Source: Candidatus Bathyarchaeota archaeon (GTDB lineage: Archaea; Thermoproteota; Bathyarchaeia; Bathyarchaeales; Bathycorpusculaceae). From it: a stretch of DNA of 64,000 bases. Made by a program: the position numbers and the translations under genes. A model generated the notes under the pieces. The model saw only the letters and a program-made list of their open reading frames with translations. It was not told the DNA's origin and did no database searches. This document shows positions 1 through 9,328 of the stretch, one piece after another (the first letter of the stretch is position 1; the number at the start of each line of letters is the position of its first letter). The stretch is taken from NCBI GenBank assembly GCA_963826715.1, contig CAWGYA010000007.1, forward strand, positions 128,001 through 192,000, written 5' to 3'.

Positions 1-2
1 CC

Positions 3-2552
3 CGAGACAACAACATCATTTTCGGTAGGTGTTGAATGGAATTTCAGCTTCTCGGTGCGAGTTGTGATGAGTTGAGGCACATTAGGGGTTCTGCCTATGC
101 AAATATAGCCGTCATGCCCAACATGCAGAGGATAGGCACCGTTTGCACTGTATTTGCCAGTCGAATTATCCAGCCTCAAACTCCAACTGCTAACTTCTTT
201 GGTAGCGCCCAAATGAACGGAGGCTTCTATGATGTCGGATTGGGGAACGCCGATGGTGCCAAGTGCAACAGCCATCTTCGATCCGGTGACGTCAGGATTC
301 ATGGAGGGACTAAAAACTGGAGTGACAGTAGTTGCAGTGGTTAAATTGAAAACGTAGGGATTGCCATAAATCAAAACGCCATTAACGACCCAGTTCTTGA
401 AAGTGTAACCATTTGCTGTGTCTGGGTAAGCAGTCAAAGTTATCTCTGCATTGTAGTCATAGTAGGATTCGCCCGCTGCAGGAGTCGTCGTACCCCCCAC
501 CCCGCTATACATAGTTAATTTGAATTGTTGGCTACTGAAAACAGGTGTCACTGACGTATTCGCATTTAGATTAAACGAATACGGGTTAGCCGTGATATGC
601 ACGCTATTGATCAACCATTCAACGAAGTGGTAGCCGTTTTGTGTGTCTGGGTAAGCTGTGAGCGTAACTTGCTGACCAGCAGCCCAACTCGACACACCTG
701 CAGCAGGAGTCGTTGTTCCCCCCGTCACACCGTACATAGTTAGATCATAAGTGGTGCCTGAACCGTTTTTTGTAGGCCAACTATTCCAAGTCGTCCAATC
801 AGCGGACGCCACAACTTCATACTTCCAAAGACAGCAGCCAGAAAAGTTAGAATACGGTCCATGAGCGGCTAACTGCTCATCAATAGCAGCCAACTGAGCA
901 GAAAACAACGTAAAAACCGGAGTAAACTTGCCTTGACACCACGTCCCATTAGCAGTCTTAGTCCCATAGTAATCACTGCAGGCAAACCAGGCGCTGATTC
1001 TTTGCTCATAGCTGTAATTTGGGTATGTGTTAAAGCTCCAAAGATAGGCACCTTGATAACCGTCAGCTCGCAAAACGTTGATGAGGTTGTTTTGCCAGGT
1101 TTGCTGCCAACTACCAAATACCTCAGTCCAATTGCTCCCAGACATAACGCCGTTGAACTCAGGGATAACTACGCACTTATTGGCAGCAATCATCTCATTA
1201 GCCCTAGTCTCAGCTAACGCAGCGCGAATCGCAGTCTCAGTATTTGTTCCCGTAGCGAATCCGTAGGCGTCATAGCCAAACATGACGTTGCTTCGCTGCA
1301 GTCCGATATCAAGCTCAAAAGCAAAGCTGCCAACCCATCGACCGCCGGTGCCAATGTCAGTGAGCATCGCATCAACCATAACAATTCTATCAGCGTCAAT
1401 TGCTCGTATGGCATCTATGGCAGCGCGGCAATGAGTCACCCAATCCGCAGCAGAGACGTTCATGGGCTCTCCGCACAACTGGAAAATAACGTTACCATAA
1501 GCTGAGAGCTGAGTCGCAAATATTGCCCACCAATTTACCCAGTCCGCCCAACTATAGACGTCCCCGTCAAAGTAGTCGTTGACATAGTGAGCAAAGCAGT
1601 CACTTCTACTGCTCCAGTGCACGCCAGCATCGATGAGAACAACCAAATTTTGGGCTGCAGCCTGAGTAATGAGATACTTTACGTTTGTCCACCAGGTCGC
1701 ATTAGTCAGCCAGCCGGCTTCAATATCACCAAACGCAACGGCAACTCGAATAGACGTCGCACCCATAGCTTTCGCATATGCAACCTGCTCAGCAATACGA
1801 GTCCCATTAATTACCCAGCGGTTGGCTTCAATAACATAGCCATCCATTTTGATGATGTCGCCATGGATGTTTTTGAGGTAACGCCCAGAAACATAGAGGC
1901 CCTCGATAGACTCTTGCTTTTTAACCATCAGCCCTAGGGAGATTTTGCAGGCGCAGTTTGTGAGCACATAATTCATGTAAGTTTTAATTGTAGCTGCAGG
2001 CAACGACTCGCTCGCATAAAGCATCGGGTGAACAACATCAATATCAGCGCTGCTCAAGTTAGGATACAAATTTTGATAGTCATACCCAGAGCGAATCTGA
2101 CCCATGCAACTAAACATTTTACCCTGAACATGTGCCTGATTGCCAATAGCATTCCACAGAACAGCCAAATTCGACGTTGACCCACTATACGTCTCGATGT
2201 CGTCACAAAAGCCATCCAAACCGATAACATTGACATAGCCAACAGCCAAACTAACTAGAGTCGAGCGATTTGTGGAACTGTCAATGTTGAGATCAACCGC
2301 TGGAGCGCCCAAACTTGATTTAGAATAAACCCAAGCAAAAATCTTAATCGTCGGATCTACTGCCTTGGCAGCTACGACCCAAGCCTGCACAACCCCATCA
2401 CTAAACTCCTTAGTTATCCCCGTGGGGACACCGGCCGAGCTTGTCGCCCAATTACCAATTTTCAAGTTTAGGTGGGTTATATTTCCGGCATTTGCCTTTG
2501 CAACAACAGTTGCAGGCGTATCATTTGGGGTACACCATAGCGCATTTATCAA
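3..2552 (-). CDS. Tail hub/baseplate protein with N-terminal GH18-like and GH5-like domains and two Flg_new/InlB-B-like repeats (C-terminus outside window)
   Basis: Manual translation: TTG at 2552 after GGAGG, open to the window edge (850 codons). Motifs LDGFCDDIE, NVIFQLCGEP, VIPEFNG; repeats GGTTTPAAG..VTLTAYPDT..GY.F..W; the last part (VHLGATKEVSSWSL, IGRTPN) matches the N-terminus of 47222..49711. Confidence 0.85.
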   Translation of the reverse strand, partial: MINALWCTPNDTPATVVAKANAGNITHLNLKIGNWATSSAGVPTGITKEFSDGVVQAWVVAAKAVDPTIKIFAWVYSKSSLGAPAVDLNIDSSTNRSTLVSLAVGYVNVIGLDGFCDDIETYSGSTSNLAVLWNAIGNQAHVQGKMFSCMGQIRSGYDYQNLYPNLSSADIDVVHPMLYASESLPAATIKTYMNYVLTNCACKISLGLMVKKQESIEGLYVSGRYLKNIHGDIIKMDGYVIEANRWVINGTRIAEQVAYAKAMGATSIRVAVAFGDIEAGWLTNATWWTNVKYLITQAAAQNLVVLIDAGVHWSSRSDCFAHYVNDYFDGDVYSWADWVNWWAIFATQLSAYGNVIFQLCGEPMNVSAADWVTHCRAAIDAIRAIDADRIVMVDAMLTDIGTGGRWVGSFAFELDIGLQRSNVMFGYDAYGFATGTNTETAIRAALAETRANEMIAANKCVVIPEFNGVMSGSNWTEVFGSWQQTWQNNLINVLRADGYQGAYLWSFNTYPNYSYEQRISAWFACSDYYGTKTANGTWCQGKFTPVFTLFSAQLAAIDEQLAAHGPYSNFSGCCLWKYEVVASADWTTWNSWPTKNGSGTTYDLTMYGVTGGTTTPAAGVSSWAAGQQVTLTAYPDTQNGYHFVEWLINSVHITANPYSFNLNANTSVTPVFSSQQFKLTMYSGVGGTTTPAAGESYYDYNAEITLTAYPDTANGYTFKNWVVNGVLIYGNPYVFNLTTATTVTPVFSPSMNPDVTGSKMAVALGTIGVPQSDIIEASVHLGATKEVSSWSLRLDNSTGKYSANGAYPLHVGHDGYICIGRTPNVPQLITTRTEKLKFHSTPTENDVVVS

Positions 2553-2588
2553 CTACTCTTTTCCTCCATTTTTTTAGTTACTATCATT

Positions 2589-3170
2589 TTATTCGATTCC
2601 TCTGCGGTAAAATGAGGCCTCAGATGAACCACTCCCAGAGCGGGAAACAACTGCGGCTTCACCTGATCTTTGAATACTACGAGTGTGAGTAGGCGTTTCA
2701 GAGGTGGCGCTATTGAAGTTCTGCACACTATCAGTTGCGTTGTTCATGCTAGTAGCAAAGTATGCCATGGCTGCTGCAGCCGCCACAATAACCGCAATCC
2801 CCACACCCGTTAATGCCAGGAATGTTCCGTAGCTAATGTTTAGGGCATTTTGTGCTGCAGTGGCCACCCAGCAAGCCGCAGAATACACCTTCTGAGCAAC
2901 AGCTAAACCGGTGCTCGTTCGTAGGAACATACCCATAACTGAGACAACCATCATCGAGGAGTTGAAAACCTTCATCTCAGAATCATTCAAAATACCAAAT
3001 TGGTTAGCAACATAGCCGATAGCGGTTCCAGCAGCACCTAAACCAGCTAGTGCAGTTCCTAAGCTCCTAACTCGTGTTGCTAGGGCTTCAGCGTCTGTTT
3101 GTATCCTGGCGAATTCATTACTAGCTCTATTTATCGCTCGAATGGTTAGGGCGATTTCTCGAAAACTCAA
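2589..3170 (-). CDS. Short tape-measure-like protein (193 aa)
   Basis: I.AINRAS start typical of TMP N-termini, Ala/Gly-rich hydrophobic helices, position before the hub; paralogue 46679..47221. Confidence 0.7.
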   Translation of the reverse strand: MSFREIALTIRAINRASNEFARIQTDAEALATRVRSLGTALAGLGAAGTAIGYVANQFGILNDSEMKVFNSSMMVVSVMGMFLRTSTGLAVAQKVYSAACWVATAAQNALNISYGTFLALTGVGIAVIVAAAAAMAYFATSMNNATDSVQNFNSATSETPTHTRSIQRSGEAAVVSRSGSGSSEASFYRRGIE

Positions 3171-3535
3171 AGCCCCGCCTCCACCCTGGCCTGCTCAATG
3201 GCTGCGATGACTACGGATTCGAGTTGAGGCAGATACTCTTGGATGGCAGGATAAAGGTAAGGATGCGCCTGCATGTACTTGGTGCCTAGTTCTACGAACA
3301 GAGCATATACGGCCTCTGCCCCAACATTAACTACCCATTCCTGGATCTTTGCGTATATGGTGCTTCGCAGATAGCCGCTACGGACAGGGACAATTCGTTG
3401 CGCCTCTGCTTTAACATCGGCAGCCCAGCTAGCCAAGAAACTGTGGACCTCACGCTGCATGCCTAAATCAAACCTTTGCATAGCTGCCTTGAACTCTTCT
3501 ACGCCCTCGATATCGCAGGCTATTTCTATCGCCGT
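3167..3535 (-). CDS. HK97 gp10-like tail completion protein
   Basis: PVRSGYLRSTI, YALFVELGT..M.AHPYLYPA; similarity to 46314..46682 extends upstream of ATG 3481 to an ACG at 3535. Confidence 0.8.
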   Translation of the reverse strand, partial: TAIEIACDIEGVEEFKAAMQRFDLGMQREVHSFLASWAADVKAEAQRIVPVRSGYLRSTIYAKIQEWVVNVGAEAVYALFVELGTKYMQAHPYLYPAIQEYLPQLESVVIAAIEQARVEAGL

Positions 3536-4055
3536 TTTGCTTCACGCTCCGCCTTCTCTTTTTCTTCCCTTGCCATTTCATCCATCTCCTTTAGGATAAC
3601 GCAGAACTCCTGCACGGTTCTTGCTGGCTGTTTGGCAAGCTGATTTGGGGTCCAGCCGAATTCTTTACATAACCGAAACTCACCAAGAGCAAAGTGAGGC
3701 TTGGCTCGTCTAACTGCTCTAATAAAAAACGCAGATCCTCACGACCAACGCTGGTGAGTTTGTTAGCTACTTTAGAGAAAAGCTCTCCAATCTCGATGGG
3801 GATCCCGTTTTCTTCGCTTAAAAGCTTCTCAAGTGTTACGGGCTGGCTTTTTGGCTGCCCATGCAGGCTGGCCATTATGGTTTCTGCTTGAATTGCAACA
3901 AAATCGCTGCTCTCAACATCGCCGGATAGCTTGTTGTATTTGGTGTGTCTTTGGATAATGCGGTTGCGCTTAGCCCATGAAATTTCACCAAACATGTATG
4001 TGCCCAGGTATTCTTCGCCGAAGCGAGCATCAATTTCAAGTTTTTCAGTTTTCAT
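3526..4055 (-). CDS. Tail chaperone -1 frameshift product (gpGT-like)
   Basis: Slippery heptamer at 3723-3729; -1 frame reads FIRAVRRAKPHFALGEFRLCKEFGWTPNQL...EAKRR*, conserved with provirus 2. Confidence 0.75.
3591..4055 (-). CDS. Tail assembly chaperone (gpG-like)
   Basis: Directly after the tail tube gene; contains T TTT TTA slippery site; paralogue 45807..46235. Confidence 0.75.
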   Translation of the reverse strand: MKTEKLEIDARFGEEYLGTYMFGEISWAKRNRIIQRHTKYNKLSGDVESSDFVAIQAETIMASLHGQPKSQPVTLEKLLSEENGIPIEIGELFSKVANKLTSVGREDLRFLLEQLDEPSLTLLLVSFGYVKNSAGPQISLPNSQQEPCRSSALS

Positions 4056-4070
4056 TTTTTGGTCTCCTTG

Positions 4071-4934
4071 CTATGAAATTGCGAGTGGTCCTTTGGCTGT
4101 GAAAAGAGCTTTGGCATAGATCAAATCCTCAGCCTTGCCGCTCAAAGAAAAATCATCCCACTTTGCATAAGCCACATTTACCTTATTGGCTCCACCAAGG
4201 CCAAACTCCAAACTCGACAACTCAGTGTCAGCTAAGACATCGTCAGCTTCCTGCTTGCTCTCAAACTCAAAATTAAGCTCGCCTCCGAGTAGCCGCTTGC
4301 CCCAAGGTAGATACTTTGCCAAATGCCCATTAGTCGACCGTATTACGGGGACCGCTTTGCAGGAGTTGTCGATTGAAAGTTTCCAAGAAGTAATTCGCTC
4401 GCATGTTACGCCGCCGATTTTGACGTAGCTTTCGCTTCCACAGACGGCGCCTTCATAGTCGGTGTAGGTTGCGTCAGCGATTTTGGCTGTGGTTACCTCG
4501 ATGTCTTGGGCTGGAAATTCCGCATCGCATTCTAAGAGGCCGTCTATGTCGCAGGTTAAGGTAGCCTTGTTGAAGCGGGCACCCTTGTAGATTAGGCTGA
4601 TGATGTTTGTTGCTGTGGCGAAAATGTCTTTGTAGTAGAGCACCTGGAGTGTGAGGCTGTTGTTTAGTTCCTGCTTGACATATTGCAACAAATTAATGGG
4701 AGCCTCCGACGGAATGGGATATTTGATGCGCAGGGTTGGCTGTCTTAAACCTCGCTTGAGCACTATGACGTCGGCTGATCCTGTTCCTGGGATTTTGATG
4801 TTGTTGGGGTTTATGTCTGGACTTAAGTTGCTACAGGAGTGACCCAACATCGCTGGAGCAGCTGGAACAACACCAAAGGAGCCCTCCGTCACGTAGTAGA
4901 ATTTCTCTTGGTCACTATGGTATGTATCGACCAC
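4071..4934 (-). CDS. Major tail (tube) protein
   Basis: YYVTEGSFGVVP N-terminal motif, beta-rich, position; paralogue 44927..45793. Confidence 0.75.
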   Translation of the reverse strand: MVDTYHSDQEKFYYVTEGSFGVVPAAPAMLGHSCSNLSPDINPNNIKIPGTGSADVIVLKRGLRQPTLRIKYPIPSEAPINLLQYVKQELNNSLTLQVLYYKDIFATATNIISLIYKGARFNKATLTCDIDGLLECDAEFPAQDIEVTTAKIADATYTDYEGAVCGSESYVKIGGVTCERITSWKLSIDNSCKAVPVIRSTNGHLAKYLPWGKRLLGGELNFEFESKQEADDVLADTELSSLEFGLGGANKVNVAYAKWDDFSLSGKAEDLIYAKALFTAKGPLAIS

Positions 4935-4950
4935 TCTTTGTCACCTATTA

Positions 4951-5967
4951 CTATGAGATGGCTATGGACTCAAAGAGCCAGGCCACAAGTTGAATTTCCT
5001 CTTTAAACAGGAACGGTTTGACATCGACGACATCGACGTCTTTGTAACTGTGAATATCGCAAAACGTTATGCCCCTCACATCGACTGTAGCTTGGATGAA
5101 ATCGCAGTTTAAAACGGCAGGAGAAAGCCCATCTGATGGGTTGGTTGTCTTTGCCATTATGTAGAGAAAGCCGTCGTTGTTGACGTAGTTTGCAAGGTTT
5201 GAGGTTAGGGTGATGGTTAGGGTTTCATCTGTTGCTCCAGTACCGGTTTGGGGATTGCTCCAAGAGTCTGCAACGTTATCCCAGACTTGTAGAGTTACCC
5301 CGTTTCCAGCCGGAGTAGTTCCGTAGCCTTCAAAGGACAGTATAATTTGCTTTAGGCATTGTTTGCGAGGCTCATTTCGGGTCTCTCCGGGCTTGGATGC
5401 GATTTTGAAGCGGAAAAGCATGAAAGCATAGTCGTTGAGCCCAGTTGCACTTTTAGAGTGCCTGTCATTGTCGCTTGCCCAAAGCTTAGGATAATCTGCG
5501 TTATCTATCTCACTCCAGGAAGCGCTTGAAGGTTCAGGCTCCCCTTCGGCAGCTGTGTCGTATGCTTTTTGGGTTATAGAACTGTCGTATAGAGGATAGT
5601 AATAGAAGCCAGTTCTATTTGGCAGGTTACGATTCTCAGGTACAATCAAAAGCAACTGCTCAAGGACCTTATCACGCATAACTCTGCCCACGTCTGAACC
5701 TGCATTTTGCTTATCCACAGTCGTTATGGTTGCTCGAAGAGAGTATATACGACGCCTCAGCTTACCATCTAAGGTGTGTTTTTGCTGTTGGCATGGGTCA
5801 GCGGTCTTGGAAACGGTGATTTGGGCGTCATAGTCTTTGAGCAGTTCGCGATCATAGTTGGCTTGAGAGCACAAAACGCGGGCTAAGCCACTGTCATCTT
5901 TGACAACTCTAAGGCGCGACTCAATCAAACGCAAAACAGTAACGACGGGATTTTCAAGCTCACTCAA
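4951..5967 (-). CDS. Tail terminator-like neck protein with a large inserted beta-rich domain
   Basis: Position before the tail tube; longer than usual terminators; paralogue 43897..44913. Confidence 0.55.
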   Translation of the reverse strand: MSELENPVVTVLRLIESRLRVVKDDSGLARVLCSQANYDRELLKDYDAQITVSKTADPCQQQKHTLDGKLRRRIYSLRATITTVDKQNAGSDVGRVMRDKVLEQLLLIVPENRNLPNRTGFYYYPLYDSSITQKAYDTAAEGEPEPSSASWSEIDNADYPKLWASDNDRHSKSATGLNDYAFMLFRFKIASKPGETRNEPRKQCLKQIILSFEGYGTTPAGNGVTLQVWDNVADSWSNPQTGTGATDETLTITLTSNLANYVNNDGFLYIMAKTTNPSDGLSPAVLNCDFIQATVDVRGITFCDIHSYKDVDVVDVKPFLFKEEIQLVAWLFESIAIS

Positions 5968-7355
5968 GTGGCAAGTAACCTCCTAGCTGCACTTTTGAAG
6001 TAAATTCGTTGGTTGACAAAGGTGAATGGTGTCACGGTTTGGATTTCATAGTCTTGGCCTTGCCGCCTGATCTTATCATGCACTCCAAGGGGCAGAAACG
6101 TGTAGATTGATAGGTAGTCGTTTAGATAATAGCCTGCTTCTACCATAACCTGCTCAGTCTTAACTGCAGAAACAACAGCCAATAGCTCCAGCGCCTCACC
6201 GTAAGTCACCGTTGCAGCCGCTTCCCGAACAGGATAAAGCGTGATGGTTTCACCGTGTCTCTTTAAAATCTTGGTAAACGGGCTTGAGGGCTCTTCGTAA
6301 TGAAGAAATAGTTGTCCCAGCCAGCAAACCGTTGCCATAGCCCACTTATTCTCCACATAGCTGTAGTCTGCGTGTTTGGCTCCCCAAAACATGAACTCAG
6401 CAGAATGCTTGTCGATGATTTCTACGCTGAATTTAAGGCTGGGTGGGTCGTGGTTTTTGCGTACTCTCCAAAGAATCCCGCTGGTGACCGCGTCGTAGTA
6501 GTCGGAGGCGGAGAATCGGCTAATGACATCTATGTAGCCAGCCCAACAGATCGCGGGGTTATAGGCGGGGTATTGGGCGCTTGCTCTTATGCTGTTTAGG
6601 TAGTTGTAGACTCTTTGGCAGCTATTGCTCCAGCCTTCAACCTCGTACAAGCCTATCAGGGCGTAGGCGAATGGGTCATCATAAACCTCGTTTTCAGTTA
6701 GGCCGACTCTGTGCCATTTGCTATCTGTTGGGTCGTAGTGCAACCATAGGTTCTCAAAGCCATCTCTTAGAAAACCAATTGCCTTGCCCATAATTCCCTG
6801 GTAAATTGAAGCGTTCTGGGCGTCATATTCCTCGGCTAACATCTTCAAACCAATTAGCCCATAGAGGCATTCAATGTCGAGTTGCAGAAGCCAAGCATCC
6901 CCGATTGTGACGGCTCTAGCGAAGCCGCCGTAGGCTTGCTGGTCCTGCATGGTTTTAAGAAAAGTTCCGCTGGATAGCTTGGCACTATCCAAATAATCTG
7001 TGTTGCCGCTAAGTTCGTAAGCTCTTAGAAGGGATGGAATAACTCTACAAGCGTCCACACTGTAGTAGTATGTGCTGATCTCTGCGCTTTGAAATCCCCC
7101 AAAAGCTTTCTTATCTGGATCAAGGCACTGTTGAGTAAGGATCCAATCGGCTAAGCTTATGATTTTGTCTTTGATGTCTTCTTTTCTTTCTTCGAATTGT
7201 TTGGCAGAATATGCTTCAAAGAGAAAGTCGATTGCAAAGCTAGCTGCCAAAACACCCTTACCGAATGAGGGGTCCGGTGTATCGGGTGGAATAACATAGA
7301 CATAGGGCGCGTAGTCCATGACGAATTGGTAGTAAGCTTCTGGAACGGTTCCCAT
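5964..7355 (-). CDS. Alpha/alpha-toroid (six-hairpin-glycosidase-like) domain fused to a C-terminal head-closure-like domain
   Basis: Helical repeats (LLRAYELSGN..YLDSAK, GGF motifs); C-terminal ~100 aa HGETITL...DKIRRQGQDYEIQTV; paralogue 42509..43900. Confidence 0.6.
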   Translation of the reverse strand: MGTVPEAYYQFVMDYAPYVYVIPPDTPDPSFGKGVLAASFAIDFLFEAYSAKQFEERKEDIKDKIISLADWILTQQCLDPDKKAFGGFQSAEISTYYYSVDACRVIPSLLRAYELSGNTDYLDSAKLSSGTFLKTMQDQQAYGGFARAVTIGDAWLLQLDIECLYGLIGLKMLAEEYDAQNASIYQGIMGKAIGFLRDGFENLWLHYDPTDSKWHRVGLTENEVYDDPFAYALIGLYEVEGWSNSCQRVYNYLNSIRASAQYPAYNPAICWAGYIDVISRFSASDYYDAVTSGILWRVRKNHDPPSLKFSVEIIDKHSAEFMFWGAKHADYSYVENKWAMATVCWLGQLFLHYEEPSSPFTKILKRHGETITLYPVREAAATVTYGEALELLAVVSAVKTEQVMVEAGYYLNDYLSIYTFLPLGVHDKIRRQGQDYEIQTVTPFTFVNQRIYFKSAARRLLAT

Positions 7356-7357
7356 GG

Positions 7358-7708
7358 CTACACGCTCCCCACGTAAGGCTCTTTGAGGCCTGATAGAATC
7401 CGCTCAAATTCTAATTGCAGAACTGCTAAGCTGGGTAGAGCTGAGTTTGAACTTGTTAGGTCGCCGACGCTGAAGTTTAAGCCGATGACGGAGCCGCCAG
7501 TTAAGTAACAGAGCGCATAAATGGCTGCTAAAAGAGTGATGGCTTCTTTTTGAGTATCCGAACAACTCAAATAATCAATGCTCTCCGAGAGCTCCAGCGC
7601 CAAAGTCACTGCAGAACGCTTAATCATCTTTAGGACTTGTACATCGGGAATATCAGAAGCATCTACATGTAAGATATCGCGGACATCTTCAAGGGAGACA
7701 GAAGCCAA
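7358..7708 (-). CDS. Head-tail connector (gp6/gp15-like)
   Basis: VSLEDVRDIL..DIPD start; alignment to 42136..42504 suggests the TTG at 7708. Confidence 0.7.
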   Translation of the reverse strand: MASVSLEDVRDILHVDASDIPDVQVLKMIKRSAVTLALELSESIDYLSCSDTQKEAITLLAAIYALCYLTGGSVIGLNFSVGDLTSSNSALPSLAVLQLEFERILSGLKEPYVGSV

Positions 7709-7828
7709 GCTATGCATACCTCCCACAGAGCAGTAAACCAAACGCTTTTGATACGTTCGTCAATTTCTTTTGCCTCTTGTTGGTTTCTTGCACAGCCCCT
7801 CAAGGGAGCCATGTCAAGCCAAAAATGG

Positions 7829-8020
7829 TCAAGTTGGGGTTGGTTTCACGAATTTGAACCAGAAAGCATTGAGCGTCACGCTGATAAAGCCCAAAATACC
7901 GCAGGCTGCAACTTTAAGCCCTGGATCTATAGGTTGTGTTGCCAGAAATGCTGCGCCCGCTCCACTTGCCTCCGCAATTCCCAAAATGAAACCTTCTTCA
8001 TTGTTTGATAAAATCGCCAA
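7829..8020 (-). CDS. Small two-TM membrane protein, holin-like
   Basis: 63 aa, two hydrophobic segments, basic C-terminus; similar to 51985..52194. Confidence 0.5.
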   Translation of the reverse strand: MAILSNNEEGFILGIAEASGAGAAFLATQPIDPGLKVAACGILGFISVTLNAFWFKFVKPTPT

Positions 8021-9268
8021 TCAATCACCTCCTTTTTTGATCTTAGAAGCGTTACTTTGACTTGACTGCTGAGAGGAAGCATCCCAGAGTTCCCAACCAA
8101 ACTTTACAGCATTCTTACGGAACTCTTCATCTCTGACCAGCCCTAGCTCAGCAGCCCTGATAAGATCAGCCGGAACCATCTCTGGTGTTTCTGGGCTACC
8201 AAAATTCAATCTCACCTTCGCCTTAGCAGCTTCAAACCCGTTTTGGGCAACAATGACAGCGAAAATTTCTTTCTCTACTTGACGTTTGATGTAGCGCTGA
8301 GCAGGCTTTATGAGCATGTCCTGCAAATCCAACGCCGCACGCGCAGAGGCCTCGGTAAAACCAGGAGTGCTAAATAGCCTGGGCAGAGGCGTCTCGCAGC
8401 CAAGATAGAATTGATTAACCATGTGATCTATGTAGTACTCAAAACGTGCCCTTGGGTCAATTGATACTGGGTAGACGCCGACGTTTTTGGCGCCGCTAAA
8501 TAGCCATTGTCCTTCTTCGGGGCGATTCTTTATTGCGCTCTCATATTTCTTGATGGTGTCTTCTTTTTGTCCCTCAAGCTGAACCACAACGTCTGGTCCA
8601 GCATACTTGACAAAGATGTTTGGCAGGATCTTCTCTATCTTGGCCTTCATCCAAGCATAACTTGGGCGCTTATCTGCGTCAAGAGTTAACGTGTGTAAAA
8701 GCACCTGTAGTAATCCTACGCCAAAGCCGGAGGGGACATCGCCGCTTAGGCGCCAGTGAATCACAGCTTCGGGTTTAAGCTCGTTTCCTGCACCGCCGCC
8801 ATAGGTGCTCATGAGCTGGTATCCTGTAACCTTGTAGGGCAACTTTAGGGTAGGAACCGAACTGAGCCCAATCCGCTGAACAGCATCAATCGGCATACGC
8901 AAAGTATCAACTAGCCGCTGGGGAGTGAGTTTTAGCCAGAAATCATTCCCGCATGCAATCAAAGGCTTAGCCATATCGTTTAGAAGCCCATCAAGGTTGA
9001 CGTCTTCACAAAACTTGTCTACAACAGCTTTTGCCTCAGATGCCTTCTCATATTTCTCATTAGCCGTCGTGTAGAAACCCATGCCAACCGCCGACGCGGC
9101 TAGCAAATCAACACTGCTCTTACAGGTCGGATCTCGCTCATAGAGCTTCATAACATCACATAGCGAAATGGCTGAGGTATCAAAGAACACACGCCCATTT
9201 GGCGACGCCACGCCTGCTGCAGGAGCACGGGAAAGCACTTCACGGATCTTATTGATTACCTTACTCAC
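8021..9268 (-). CDS. Portal protein
   Basis: LIACGNDFW, EAVIHWR, FGVGLL, G.ETPLPRL motifs; 415 aa. Confidence 0.8.
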   Translation of the reverse strand: MSKVINKIREVLSRAPAAGVASPNGRVFFDTSAISLCDVMKLYERDPTCKSSVDLLAASAVGMGFYTTANEKYEKASEAKAVVDKFCEDVNLDGLLNDMAKPLIACGNDFWLKLTPQRLVDTLRMPIDAVQRIGLSSVPTLKLPYKVTGYQLMSTYGGGAGNELKPEAVIHWRLSGDVPSGFGVGLLQVLLHTLTLDADKRPSYAWMKAKIEKILPNIFVKYAGPDVVVQLEGQKEDTIKKYESAIKNRPEEGQWLFSGAKNVGVYPVSIDPRARFEYYIDHMVNQFYLGCETPLPRLFSTPGFTEASARAALDLQDMLIKPAQRYIKRQVEKEIFAVIVAQNGFEAAKAKVRLNFGSPETPEMVPADLIRAAELGLVRDEEFRKNAVKFGWELWDASSQQSSQSNASKIKKGGD

Positions 9269-9328
9269 TTCACGTCTACTCCAAAGGTTAAACCAAAAAA
9301 AGGGAGGCCATTGGCTTAGAGTGGCGCT

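Noticed and set aside
36-2692. Many short ORFs in the track on both strands
   Set aside because: They are shadows of the long minus-strand ORF 2552..<3
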